A stretch of 64,000 bases of DNA, taken from NCBI GenBank assembly GCA_018303205.1, contig JAGVYP010000066.1, forward strand, positions 4,706 through 68,705. The letters run 5' to 3'. The notes below the pieces were generated by a model. That model saw nothing but the letters and a program-made list of their open reading frames with translations, was not told the origin of the DNA and ran no database searches. The position numbers and the translations under genes were made by a program. Within the stretch, counting starts at the first letter, position 1. Each line of letters opens with the position of its first letter. The DNA is from Candidatus Woesearchaeota archaeon. GTDB lineage: Archaea > Nanobdellota > Nanobdellia > Woesearchaeales > JAGWAF01. Below, piece after piece: positions 27,604 through 37,895 of this stretch.

Positions 27604-29121
27604 TTACTTTATTGAAAAAAGTGGAGTTTCAAGTGGTTTGTCTTGCTGATAAGGTATGTGCATATTCAACGCAATCTCTGCTTTCATAAGTTCGATAGTG
27701 ATATCGCAATAATGATCAGCTCTTGACAAAAGATGCAGCTTAGCAAATTTCATGATTAATTCCCGACATGTTTTTCCTACAAAAGTGAAAAGTTCTTCTC
27801 CTTCGTAAGAAAGAAGCGTTGCTTGGATAGCATTGTTCAGAACCTGTATTTTTACTATCCCACGGGGATCCAAATCCCTGTGCTCCTTAAATCGCGTTGA
27901 TATTCTTTCTCGCAATTGACACATGACCAGATCTTTTGCATCTTTCCATTCCTCTTCATAAATATGAGCGGAATGCGAAGTAATACTTAAAACACCTTTT
28001 TCTAAAGATAATGCTTTTGCAATGTAATCTTGCAGAGCAAGTAAACCAAAAGTATTAGAAATTCCTGCCTTGAAAATATCATGCGAGCGAAAAGTTGCAA
28101 AGAGATTTACTTTTGTGTCAACCATGACTTGTACATGATTCAAACAAGGAGGTGAACTGCTTTCATAATCTTTTTCAGGGTCAAAGGTTATTGCTATAGC
28201 TCTTCGTGTAGTTGCATTCTTTTTTAATTTCTCTATCATCTTTGCAATCTGATCTATGTTATGATAATCTCTTAATCGTTCACCATAGGTGTATGCCACA
28301 CCTTCTTTTTTTTCAGGTGAAAGAAAACAAGCACTGTAATTTTCTAGAGCTTTTGCATCTAAACCAATTATCTCTTCTATATTTCTCGGAAGCTTTGGAA
28401 AGAAAGGTTGTTCATGCTCTTCAATGACCCAGGTAATATGCTGCAATTCTTTTTGTCGTGATCCATATTCTGTTTTTTTTATTTTTCCATAACTCAAAAT
28501 AAAATCCACTACCCTTAACCATGTTAAAAAAAGGGAATTTTCTCTTGCAAGAAAGCCTACTTCTTCTGAAGGTAGCTCTTTAGAGGTGTCTCTTATCGGT
28601 TCTGGAAAGGAATATTTTTTTCGTTCATTTTCTTCCTGAAAAGAGAATTGGTGTTGCTTGATTGCACTTATCAGTTCTGAAATATCCTGTTTATCAATAT
28701 CAATCAGCTTTACTTTTTCTATAAGCTCTCTTATACAAGTAAGATCAATTTCTTTATGTATAGAAATCGTGGTTCCTGTAACAATATGTTCCTCTGTGAT
28801 ACCCTCTTTCCATAACTGAAAGAGTGCTTGCCATGCTTTTCTCCCCATTTCTGTATTAGAAAGAGGGCTTTTTCTCCATACGAACACATATTGAATACTC
28901 GGGTTCAGCAATAGATTACGCAACAAAATAGAAATGCCTTCCTGACTATACAAGGTACCTGTTATGGAGATATGCATTTTAATCTCAGGATGCATCTTTA
29001 TGAGCGTTTCGGTATCACTCCAACACGTGCAAAGAGCGAGAGGACTCTGTTCCCCCTCTATAATAGGATACTTCTCCGGTTGATAGAAGGTTCCTTGTTC
29101 TTTTGAGATACTCAGAGTCAT
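27604..29121 (-). CDS. thymidylate synthase fused to N-terminal MtrA-like and C-terminal DUF4346-like domains
   Basis: ThyA motifs YTYGERL, PPCL, FRSHD, SN, SAHIYE; N-terminal CTCWS...GTLYS..GI..LLRNLLLNPSI; C-terminal DPRG...ELMKAEIAL...YQQD. Confidence 0.85.
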   Translation of the reverse strand: MTLSISKEQGTFYQPEKYPIIEGEQSPLALCTCWSDTETLIKMHPEIKMHISITGTLYSQEGISILLRNLLLNPSIQYVFVWRKSPLSNTEMGRKAWQALFQLWKEGITEEHIVTGTTISIHKEIDLTCIRELIEKVKLIDIDKQDISELISAIKQHQFSFQEENERKKYSFPEPIRDTSKELPSEEVGFLARENSLFLTWLRVVDFILSYGKIKKTEYGSRQKELQHITWVIEEHEQPFFPKLPRNIEEIIGLDAKALENYSACFLSPEKKEGVAYTYGERLRDYHNIDQIAKMIEKLKKNATTRRAIAITFDPEKDYESSSPPCLNHVQVMVDTKVNLFATFRSHDIFKAGISNTFGLLALQDYIAKALSLEKGVLSITSHSAHIYEEEWKDAKDLVMCQLRERISTRFKEHRDLDPRGIVKIQVLNNAIQATLLSYEGEELFTFVGKTCRELIMKFAKLHLLSRADHYCDITIELMKAEIALNMHIPYQQDKPLETPLFSIK

Positions 29122-29195
29122 AGCTAAGAAGGTTCATCCGGACTTTTTATCTTTTGTGACAAAAAAACACAAAATATATAAAAATAAGTACTTTT

Positions 29196-29879
29196 ATGTC
29201 ATTTATGACAAATGTGATGCAACACGTTACTGCACTGATAGACCAAGATGTTTCCTTGCGCAGATCTTTAACACGTGGATTTGTAAATACCAGAGCCTTA
29301 GCTCTTTATATCCAAAACCATCTAGAAATAAGCGCAAGTTTAGATGCGATCATCAGTGCTATTCGAAGATATGATCTTTCAAATACCTTTAAAGACACAA
29401 CCAAGAAACGCTATGAAATCATAGCAAAAGCAAAAATCTCTTCTCGTACCAATCTTTGCTCCCTTCTTCTCAAAAAAGAAAAAGAAGTACAGGAAATACT
29501 CTCCTCCTACTATCTCCTTTTTGATTTTTCCAAAGGAGAAATTTTTAGAATACTCGAATCCTCTCAAAATATTACCCTCATCCTTGATGATACCCAAAGA
29601 GATACCCTAAAAAATATGTTCAAAAAAACACACATACTTTCTACAACAAAAAATCTAGGAGAGATTTCCTTGATCTACCCCTTAGACATCTCCTCATTCC
29701 CTGGAATTTTCGCGGCAGTCAACAGCGAGATAGCCTTAAATAATATTGCTATAAAAAACGCAATCCTTTGCGAATCAGAACATACCATCATTCTTCATGA
29801 AAAAGATATTATTCCTACCTTAAACATTCTTTCCCATATTCGTTCTTGGGATGCAGAAAAGAAAAAACAATCCTATTAG
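29196..29879 (+). CDS. ACT-domain-containing putative regulator
   Basis: LTRGFVNTRALALYI..AIISAIRRY N-terminus; PGIFAAV..IALNNI ACT-like C-terminus. Confidence 0.7.
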   Translation: MSFMTNVMQHVTALIDQDVSLRRSLTRGFVNTRALALYIQNHLEISASLDAIISAIRRYDLSNTFKDTTKKRYEIIAKAKISSRTNLCSLLLKKEKEVQEILSSYYLLFDFSKGEIFRILESSQNITLILDDTQRDTLKNMFKKTHILSTTKNLGEISLIYPLDISSFPGIFAAVNSEIALNNIAIKNAILCESEHTIILHEKDIIPTLNILSHIRSWDAEKKKQSY

Positions 29880-30039
29880 AAAATTTCCGAATCTTTCGAG
29901 TCCATATGCGAGTCCATTTGTCATAGTTTTATTTTACTGATTTGAAGCTTGATCTGATGCAGCTATTCTCTTTTTTAGACACGCACTCCAAAACCTCAAG
30001 CTTTATAAAAGGAGCCATCCCCCATTCCCAGGGGATCAT

Positions 30040-30909
30040 ATGTTTGAGGCATTAAAGACTTTTTATGAACAAAAATACAAAGCATTAATGATCATTCCCT
30101 TCTTGATTCTTTTACTTGCTTTTGCCCAAATTGGAGTGCAATACGCTCAAACAGGAGAATTTATGCATAGAGGTGTCTCACTCAAAGGAGGCCTTTCTGT
30201 CGCACTTCCCCATCACTTCATGCCACCCGAGCAATTAGAAACCTTGCTCTCAGAAAAATTTCCTCAAGGAGATATCAGTGTGAGAAGCATTGCTGACACA
30301 GGATTGATTATTGACGCTTCTGATGTTTCCCAAGAAGAACTTCTTTCAGCTTTAGAATCACAATTTGGTGCATTAGGAGATTACAACATCGGAGAAATTG
30401 GTTCTTCATTAGGGGAAAGTTTTTTTAAAGAAACCTTTTTTTCACTTTTGATCGCTTTCTTACTGATGTCCCTTGTTGTTTTTATAACCTTTAGAAGTCC
30501 TATCCCTAGTTTGGCAGTGATTCTTGCTGCTTTTTCTGATATTGTAGTAACATTAGCTATCATAAATGTGTTAGGAATTAAAATAAGTTCTGCGGGTATT
30601 GCAGCTTTTTTGATGTTGATTGGATATTCTGTGGATACTGATATTCTTCTGAGCACTAGGGTTCTCAAGCAAAAAGAAGGAACGGTTATGGACCGTATTT
30701 ATAGTTCTATCAAAACAGGTTTAAGCATGACTGCTACAACAGTAACTGCTTTAATTGCAGGATTGTTCTTTTCTAATTCAGATACGATTTTGCAAATCAT
30801 GCTTATTTTACTTATCGGATTAATTGCAGATCTTCCCATGACGTGGATTCAGAATACAGGTATCTTGCGTTGGTATCTTGAACGAAAAGGTGCGCAGAAA
30901 AATGAATGA
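30040..30909 (+). CDS. secF: protein translocase subunit SecF
   Basis: GVSLKGG, IAAFLMLIGYSVDTDILL. Confidence 0.93.
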   Translation: MFEALKTFYEQKYKALMIIPFLILLLAFAQIGVQYAQTGEFMHRGVSLKGGLSVALPHHFMPPEQLETLLSEKFPQGDISVRSIADTGLIIDASDVSQEELLSALESQFGALGDYNIGEIGSSLGESFFKETFFSLLIAFLLMSLVVFITFRSPIPSLAVILAAFSDIVVTLAIINVLGIKISSAGIAAFLMLIGYSVDTDILLSTRVLKQKEGTVMDRIYSSIKTGLSMTATTVTALIAGLFFSNSDTILQIMLILLIGLIADLPMTWIQNTGILRWYLERKGAQKNE

Positions 30910-32587
30910 GACGTTAAAAAAACTTTTAATGAATGGAAGAGTTATCACGTTGCTTATTTTTATCATCTTTGCCATTGTGGCTATTAACCCTCAATTTAAT
31001 CCTGAAGGCGTTGCTATCAGAAGTATTACTATGAATTCCTCTGCAGCGTTAGCAGGTATTGAAAATCCTAAACCTACCCTTGCTCCTACGAAAAGAGAAC
31101 TGATCATCGCACTGAATAATCTTCCTATCAAATCCGTAGAAGAGTATACTTCTGCAATTGCCAACCTTAAACCAAATCAAACCATAACTCTCCAAACGAA
31201 TAAAGGTCTTTATTCTTTAATGACAAAACCAAAACTCGTTGTAGTGGGATATGAGAATATCACTGAAGAAATTATCACGAATCAAACAACAAATAGTACT
31301 TCTCTTGTAACACGAATAGTTCCCAAAACTGAAGAACAGGGTATTGAACCTTTAGGTTTGTCTATCAGTGAAGCTCCGAGTTCTAATCTCAGAAAAGGCC
31401 TTGACTTACAAGGGGGAACAAGAGTTGTTTTGCAGCCTGAAACTTTCCAAACAGAAGAAGATCTGGATATTATCATCTCAAATATGCAGGAGCGTTTAAA
31501 CGTCTATGGTTTAAGTGATGTGGTTGTGAAATCTTCAGGTGATCTTTCTGGAAACCAATACGTTATCGTTGAAATTGCAGGAGCAAATGAAGAAGAAGTC
31601 AAGGAGCTTCTTGCAAAACAGGGAAAATTTGAAGCTGTCATAGGAAACACCACGGTTTTTAGAGGAGGAACAGACATTACTTATGTATGCAGGTCTGCTG
31701 ATTGTTCAGGTATTGATCCCCGAGTTGGTTGTCAACAGAGTGGTGATGGATGGTTCTGCGGTTTCTCTTTTTCTATCTCTTTGAGTCCTGAAGCTGCACG
31801 GCGTCAAGCCGATGCCACGGGGAAATTACAGATCATTCCTGACGCTTCAGGAAGTCCTATTTTGAGTGATAATATTCGTTTTTATCTTGATGATAAAGAA
31901 GTTGACTCTTTGCAAATTGGTGCTGAATTAAGAGGGAGAGCAACTACTGAAATTTCTATTCGCGGTTCTGGAAATGGTATTTCTGAACAAGATGCGATCA
32001 CTAATACCTTAGAGTCCATGAAACGGCAGCAGACGATTTTAACCACAGGATCCTTGCCTGTGAAGATGAACATTGTCAAGACTGATAATTTAAGTGCATC
32101 ATTAGGAGCACAATTCATCAATAATGCATTATGGGTTGGCCTTGTTGCTTTGATTGCTGTTTGTGTTGTCATTCTTCTTATGTACAGAACTTGGAAGGTT
32201 GCGATTCCAATGATTTTGTCAAGTTGCTGTGAGCTTATTCTTATTTTTGGTCTTGCTGCTTTGATTGGTTGGAATCTTGATCTTGCAGCGATTGCAGGAG
32301 TCATTGTTGCTATTGGTACAGGAGTCAATGATCAGATTGTGATTACTGATGAAACTTTTAGTAAGCGTGCAAATTCTCAGGAAAATTGGCTGAAAAGATT
32401 CAAAAAAGCCTTTTTTATTATCATGGCTGCATACGCAACGATGGTTGTTGCTATGATACCTCTGCTCTTTGCAGGTGCTGGTTTGCTCAAAGGTTTCGCT
32501 TTAACCTCCATCATGGCTATTTCTTTCGGGGTGTTTGTTACAAGACCAGCGTATGCTGCTGTCTTAAAAATCTTGTTGAAAGAATAA
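30902..32587 (+). CDS. secD: protein translocase subunit SecD
   Basis: GLDLQGG, GSLPV, IGTGVNDQIVITDE, GFA, TRPAY. Confidence 0.93.
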   Translation: MNETLKKLLMNGRVITLLIFIIFAIVAINPQFNPEGVAIRSITMNSSAALAGIENPKPTLAPTKRELIIALNNLPIKSVEEYTSAIANLKPNQTITLQTNKGLYSLMTKPKLVVVGYENITEEIITNQTTNSTSLVTRIVPKTEEQGIEPLGLSISEAPSSNLRKGLDLQGGTRVVLQPETFQTEEDLDIIISNMQERLNVYGLSDVVVKSSGDLSGNQYVIVEIAGANEEEVKELLAKQGKFEAVIGNTTVFRGGTDITYVCRSADCSGIDPRVGCQQSGDGWFCGFSFSISLSPEAARRQADATGKLQIIPDASGSPILSDNIRFYLDDKEVDSLQIGAELRGRATTEISIRGSGNGISEQDAITNTLESMKRQQTILTTGSLPVKMNIVKTDNLSASLGAQFINNALWVGLVALIAVCVVILLMYRTWKVAIPMILSSCCELILIFGLAALIGWNLDLAAIAGVIVAIGTGVNDQIVITDETFSKRANSQENWLKRFKKAFFIIMAAYATMVVAMIPLLFAGAGLLKGFALTSIMAISFGVFVTRPAYAAVLKILLKE

Positions 32588-32618
32588 TCTTTTATACCAC
32601 TTCTGTTTACGACGAGGT

Positions 32619-32975
32619 ATGCCTTCAAAAAAAATTGCTGTATTGCTTGTTGTGCTTACTACTTTTTTGACAACTACTGCACAACTGTTCTTTAAAGAAG
32701 GTTCTCAGTATCTCCCGAAACTTACTGCGTTTCTTTTTTTTGGTATTCTCATTTATGCGTTTGCTTCACTTCTTTTAGTGTACGCATTCAAAGGAGGGGA
32801 AGTAAGCTCTTTATATCCTATCATGGCTTCTAGTTATCTCTGGGTTGCTGTTTTTGCCTGGTTTTTTTTCCAGGAAAGCTTTACACTCTTTAAACTTCTC
32901 GGATTAGGATGTATTTTTATGGGCGTTTCCCTTCTCGGGTATCATGCTCAACAATCAACAGAGGTTCTCTCATGA
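32619..32975 (+). CDS. small EamA/ArnE-F-like membrane transporter
   Basis: 4 TM, GEVSSLYPIMASSYLW. Confidence 0.8.
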   Translation: MPSKKIAVLLVVLTTFLTTTAQLFFKEGSQYLPKLTAFLFFGILIYAFASLLLVYAFKGGEVSSLYPIMASSYLWVAVFAWFFFQESFTLFKLLGLGCIFMGVSLLGYHAQQSTEVLS

Positions 32976-33316
32976 TTCTCTGGTGGTCCTTGCTCTTAGT
33001 GTTGGGAGCTGGTTTTTTAGGAGGTCTTGGCGCATTCTTCTTCAAGAAAAGCTCTTCCTCTTTTTCCTTGAGCGTGGATGGAATATTAAAAAATAAAAAT
33101 CTTATTTTAGGTTGCTTCTCTTATGCCTTAAGCGTTATCTTTTTTGTCCCTGCTCTTTCCGGGGCTGATGTTTCTGTTCTTTATCCCTTAGCAGCAACCA
33201 ATTACCTCTGGGCATGTTTTTTTTCCGTACATTTTTTAAAGGAGAACATGACAAAAGCCAAATGGTTAAGCATTGCACTGATCATTATCGGTGTTACTTT
33301 TTTAGGAGGTAGTTAA
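32972..33316 (+). CDS. small EamA/ArnE-F-like membrane transporter
   Basis: 4 TM, DVSVLYPLAATNYLW. Confidence 0.8.
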   Translation: MILWWSLLLVLGAGFLGGLGAFFFKKSSSSFSLSVDGILKNKNLILGCFSYALSVIFFVPALSGADVSVLYPLAATNYLWACFFSVHFLKENMTKAKWLSIALIIIGVTFLGGS

Positions 33317-33985
33317 ATGGATGTTGTCATTTCTTTAGGAGGATCACTCATTGTTCCTCAGGAAATTGATGTTTCTTTTTTGAAATCTTTTGTACACCTT
33401 GTCCATGCACATACGAAGAAAGGATATCATGTTGTCATCATTTGCGGAGGAGGATACACCTGCAGATGGTATCAGCATGCAGCAAAAAAATTAGGATGTA
33501 CTCATTCTTCTGATCTTGATTGGATCGGTATTCGTGCTACACATCTTAATGCTGAACTCATTCGCTCATTATTCAAGGAAGCTTATGATCATGTCATTAC
33601 GAATCCTACAGAAAAAATAAAAACAGACAAAAAAATTATCATTGGTTGTGGTTGGAAACCCGGATTTTCTTCAGACATGGACTCTGTACAGATAGCTAAC
33701 AATTTAGGCATCACTCATATCATTAATCTTACCAATGTTGATTATGTCTACGACAAAGATCCACGAAAATATCCTGATGCACAACCCAAAAAAACATTGA
33801 CCTGGAAAGAACTGCAACACATTGTTGGAAACAAATGGACACCCGGAGCAAACTTCCCTTTTGATCCCAAAGCAACAGCATACGCAGCAAAAACAAAAAA
33901 AAGATTATACATTGTGAAAGGAAACATTACCAATCTTAAAAATATTCTCGAAGGGAAGAAAGTAACAGGAACTCTGGTGAAATAA
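33317..33985 (+). CDS. pyrH: UMP kinase
   Basis: SLGGS, GGG, DWIGIRATHLNA, PGFSSD, VYDKDP, PFDP. Confidence 0.93.
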   Translation: MDVVISLGGSLIVPQEIDVSFLKSFVHLVHAHTKKGYHVVIICGGGYTCRWYQHAAKKLGCTHSSDLDWIGIRATHLNAELIRSLFKEAYDHVITNPTEKIKTDKKIIIGCGWKPGFSSDMDSVQIANNLGITHIINLTNVDYVYDKDPRKYPDAQPKKTLTWKELQHIVGNKWTPGANFPFDPKATAYAAKTKKRLYIVKGNITNLKNILEGKKVTGTLVK

Positions 33986-34723
33986 ATGTTGCAGACTGCA
34001 CTTCAAGCTGCAAAAGAAGCCGGAAAAATAATGATGCGACATTACGGAAAAGTAACTCCTCAGTATAAAGATCACTCTTTTGGCCCTGGTAGTGTTGTAA
34101 CCAAAGCAGATCTTGAGATAGAAGAAAAAATTGTTTCTTTTCTTGAAAAGAAATTTCCCGATCATAATATTTTTGCTGAAGAAAAGACAAAAAAAGACAA
34201 AAAATCAAATTATACCTGGTCTCTCGACCCTATTGATGGTACCTCTAACTTTGTCAGGAACATCCCTCTCTTTGGAATTTCTCTTGGATTGTTGTATAAA
34301 AAAGAGCCCATCCTTGGAGTTATCTTTCTTCCTGCACTAAAGACCCTTGTTCATGCTGAGAAGGGAAAAGGGTGCTTTGTGAATGGGAAAAAAGTGTCTG
34401 TATCTAAAAGAGCATTAAAAGAAGCGTTGTATTTTGGGAGAATTCATAATCTCGCTTCTCATGAAAAGCTAGGAAAACAAATAGCATTATGTAAAATTAT
34501 ACAAGCAAGTTCGTACGAACTTGTGCAAATAGCTCAAGGTAATGCTGAAATCTATGCTACAGAAAGTGTTCTCCATGACGTTGCTGCAGGTGTTATTCTC
34601 ATCAGAGAAGCAGGAGGGCAAGTAACTGATTATGAAGGAAAACCATGGGATGCTTCCTCAAAAACTATTGTTGCCACTAATGGCATTATCCATAAAAAAG
34701 TGCTTTCCTTGTTACAACATTAA
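33986..34723 (+). CDS. suhB: inositol monophosphatase family protein
   Basis: VTKAD, AEE, DPIDGTSNF, HDVAAG..REAGG. Confidence 0.88.
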   Translation: MLQTALQAAKEAGKIMMRHYGKVTPQYKDHSFGPGSVVTKADLEIEEKIVSFLEKKFPDHNIFAEEKTKKDKKSNYTWSLDPIDGTSNFVRNIPLFGISLGLLYKKEPILGVIFLPALKTLVHAEKGKGCFVNGKKVSVSKRALKEALYFGRIHNLASHEKLGKQIALCKIIQASSYELVQIAQGNAEIYATESVLHDVAAGVILIREAGGQVTDYEGKPWDASSKTIVATNGIIHKKVLSLLQH

Positions 34724-34924
34724 GAATGCTTTTCCTTGTGCCTAACTTTCCAAATTTTTAGTAATTTTTATGTTTTTTTCTATCACGTTATTTTTTCAAG
34801 TATTTTTATAATAATAATTTTATCGTCTTTATAATTCGTTTCTTTTAGAATTTTAGTTTGTGTTTTTTTTTGTAAAAATAATAATAAACGGAAAAAATAA
34901 CATTTGTATTCCGCCTAACCTTTT

Positions 34925-35173
34925 CTATTTTTTTACCGGTTTGGGTTCTCCGATATGTTCAAACTTTGGCTTTGCAGGTTTGATCATGCCTACTTCTATT
35001 ACTTTTTTTTCAATACCGTTCCACTTATTTGAGAGCATACTCCCTTCTGTTTCTGCATGCCTAGAAGTGATATACCCACAAGAGCAGGTATGGGTATGGT
35101 AATGTTTTTTCCCCACATGCTTGCTTTCCCATATTGCAATTTCCTTCTTGCATCTATTACATTGAGGTATCAT
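34925..35173 (-). CDS. small zinc-ribbon protein
   Basis: CNRC...CSCG; overlaps cutA end. Confidence 0.6.
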   Translation of the reverse strand: MIPQCNRCKKEIAIWESKHVGKKHYHTHTCSCGYITSRHAETEGSMLSNKWNGIEKKVIEVGMIKPAKPKFEHIGEPKPVKK

Positions 35174-35459
35174 GATCGTTCACCCACTTTTCAAAAGCAA
35201 CATTTGCTTTTGCAGAAACTGTTAAAACACAAGGAACTTTATAACTATGCAAGGAGAGAATACGCTGTTCTGCTTTTTTTGCTTGTTTTGTTTTTGCAAT
35301 CACAATGACTTCTTTTTCTTCTTTGAGTTTTCCTTTCCAGGAATACAGTGAAGTGCTTTCTATCAGGTTAGCACAAGCAACAAGCTTTTCTCGCAATAAC
35401 GTTTTTGCAATCGTTGTTGCTTCCTGCTTATTTTTACAAGGAGCATAAAGTATTTCCAT
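35157..35459 (-). CDS. cutA: divalent-cation tolerance protein CutA
   Basis: LVACAN, SLYSWKG, HSYKVPC. Confidence 0.92.
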   Translation of the reverse strand: MEILYAPCKNKQEATTIAKTLLREKLVACANLIESTSLYSWKGKLKEEKEVIVIAKTKQAKKAEQRILSLHSYKVPCVLTVSAKANVAFEKWVNDHDTSM

Positions 35460-35655
35460 TACTCAATTCAAAGATTGCAAGAATTTAAAAACATTCTGTT
35501 TTTAAGTTTTTTTTAAAGATTTTGTTTGTGTTCATTTTGTATTTCCTATCCCTCTTCTTTCATCTTTTAACACTGAAAAAAACCGGAGTTTCTAAACAGT
35601 CCTTATGTCCAAAAGATCCATAAAATTTATAAAGCAAACCGGACCTTCGCTAGAC

Positions 35656-36378
35656 ATGGCCAAGAGAACAATAAAACAGAAAAAACCCTCTAAAAACGAG
35701 CTTCCAGAACCTGAAGCACCGCAGCAACCTACAGGCATGAAAAGCTTTCTCTCTACTCTTATCATCCTAGTCATTACTCTGGCAGCTGCTCTTGCGATTG
35801 CTGGCATTTTTTCAAGTGTTGATATGACACCCTCACCAAAACAAGAAGCTTATGATGAAAAGGATTTTATTTTTCCACTTCCTACAACAAGAGCATATGA
35901 GCTTACTGAAGTAGACCTTTTCTCACTTTCTGACTGGAATAGTTACCAAGTAACCGTAAAAGGTGTTGCTTTAGGAGACACCCTCGAGCAAGTTGAAGAA
36001 AAACTCGGTCCTCCTGATGATGTAGAAGTTTTTAATCCCGTAGTAACTACTTTAATCTATTATGACAATGATGAAAACAAACAACATGCATTATTGTTCT
36101 ATGTTGCTAACAAACAAGTAAGACGTATCTTTGTCAAAGCTCCTTTTAATGACCAATTGAAGGGAAGCACGAAAGTAACGTATGATCTGAGGGGCATTTA
36201 TGACAAGTTTGGTGTTCCTCCAGAACAAGAAGATGTGTACAAGCAACGCATCTTTGAATATCACAAACAAGGACTTGAAATTTATCACAAAAATAAACAA
36301 ATGACAGCTTTTGCTCTTGTACCACCCGGATATAATGGTGGCCAAGATGAAACAAAATCACTCTCTGAGTTTGCATAA
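35656..36378 (+). CDS. membrane-anchored hypothetical protein
   Basis: One TM; GVALGDT..VEEKLGPPD and KFGVPPE repeats. Confidence 0.7.
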   Translation: MAKRTIKQKKPSKNELPEPEAPQQPTGMKSFLSTLIILVITLAAALAIAGIFSSVDMTPSPKQEAYDEKDFIFPLPTTRAYELTEVDLFSLSDWNSYQVTVKGVALGDTLEQVEEKLGPPDDVEVFNPVVTTLIYYDNDENKQHALLFYVANKQVRRIFVKAPFNDQLKGSTKVTYDLRGIYDKFGVPPEQEDVYKQRIFEYHKQGLEIYHKNKQMTAFALVPPGYNGGQDETKSLSEFA

Positions 36379-37184
36379 TGACGCGTCTCTTGTTCGGTAA
36401 GCCTCTTCCAGAAAAACAATTAAAAACTCAATTGCAGCAGTGGAAGAATAAGGAAAATTTTACTCAGTTCTATGAGTATCATCTGCAGCAAACAAAGAGA
36501 CACATAGCTCTTTCTGTTACCCATGACCAATTGGTGATACAAGCAACTCACCATCTTGAAGAATTGAGTAAAATACTCAACACCCTTGCAAAACGCTTGA
36601 GAGAATGGTACGCACTGTATCATCCTGAAACCGGATACCATATTGCTTCCCATGAAGAATTTGTAGAAACCATAACCAAAAAAAACAAGCAGCAACTCTT
36701 AAAAGAATTTCATGTTGTTGATTCCATGGGTTCTGATTTAGAAAAAAAAGACCTCGAAGCTATCATGCAACTTACTACTCTTTTTCTCAACACACAAAAA
36801 ATAAAAAAAGAACAAGAAGACTACCTCTTTTCACTTTTGAAAAAACATTATCCCAATCTTACTGCTTTAGCTGGCCCTCAAATTACCGCAAAACTTATTA
36901 CACTTGCAGGATCGTTAAAAAAATTAATGCTCATGCCTGCTTCTACTGTTCAGCTTTTAGGAGCTGAAAAAGCACTCTTTAGACATCTCAGATCAAAAGC
37001 TAAACCACCTAAGCACGGGATTATTCTTCAACATTCCCTTCTTCAACACGCTCCTTTCCAACAACAAGGAAAACGAGCACGCGTCCTTGCTGACAAACTG
37101 AGCATAGCTGCAAAAGTTGACTATTTTAAAGGAACCTTTATCGGAGAAACCTTACGTAAGGAAATTGAGGCAAAATTCAAATGA
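36378..37184 (+). CDS. nop5: C/D box RNP protein Nop5 (short form)
   Basis: RLREWY..YHPE, PASTVQLLGAEKALFRHL, PPKHG. Confidence 0.92.
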   Translation: MTRLLFGKPLPEKQLKTQLQQWKNKENFTQFYEYHLQQTKRHIALSVTHDQLVIQATHHLEELSKILNTLAKRLREWYALYHPETGYHIASHEEFVETITKKNKQQLLKEFHVVDSMGSDLEKKDLEAIMQLTTLFLNTQKIKKEQEDYLFSLLKKHYPNLTALAGPQITAKLITLAGSLKKLMLMPASTVQLLGAEKALFRHLRSKAKPPKHGIILQHSLLQHAPFQQQGKRARVLADKLSIAAKVDYFKGTFIGETLRKEIEAKFK

Positions 37185-37885
37185 AATGGATCATGATGAG
37201 CGTTTGCTTTCTTGTTGCCTGTACTCCTGCAGAACAATTAGCTCCCCTTCCTGAAGGGAATACAAGTATAGAACGAGCATATGTCTTCGATCAACTTCCT
37301 CAAGAAAGTGTAATTCTCGAAGAAAAAACAAAAGAACAAACTATCTCAAATGAAGAAAAAAATAACGAACAAGACTTTGCAGAGCTTTTACAATCACAAG
37401 AAGTTCAAGAGAAAGCAGAGACCTTACAAAATCCTGTTACTCCTCCTCCACAAAAAGGAGATCCACAACCTGAAGTTCATGCAGTTCGTATTTTTGCAGG
37501 TTCAGGACGAGAACTTTTTCCTGACCAAGGAGGAGTATATGAAATTCCTTCGCGTATTGTCAATATACTTGTTGTTTCAGCTGATAACAAGGGACATCCT
37601 TTTCAATTACGCATCAGATCTCCTTCTGTAACCTTTCAACAAAAATCCTTTTCACTCAATTTACGAACATATGCAGACAAAGACATAGGATCTAAATACG
37701 CTGAAAAAAATAAAGTATACTACTTAGATATTAAAACGCCTCTTACTGATGGTTTATATCCTTACTTTTTTATAACAGAAGAATTTGCTTCCACCAAAAA
37801 GCATCATTTATTTATTAGTGCTGTTGATCCTGACCATCATTTGCTCAAAAGCAGTGAGGTTGATATCATTTATCGATTAGTATGA
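37181..37885 (+). CDS. hypothetical lipoprotein
   Basis: LVAC lipobox; overlaps nop5 stop. Confidence 0.7.
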   Translation: MKWIMMSVCFLVACTPAEQLAPLPEGNTSIERAYVFDQLPQESVILEEKTKEQTISNEEKNNEQDFAELLQSQEVQEKAETLQNPVTPPPQKGDPQPEVHAVRIFAGSGRELFPDQGGVYEIPSRIVNILVVSADNKGHPFQLRIRSPSVTFQQKSFSLNLRTYADKDIGSKYAEKNKVYYLDIKTPLTDGLYPYFFITEEFASTKKHHLFISAVDPDHHLLKSSEVDIIYRLV

Positions 37886-37895
37886 GGTTGAGACT

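Noticed and set aside
30017-30036. ATCCCC/GGGGAT hairpin before secF
   Set aside because: Single 6-bp stem with no second example; insufficient support
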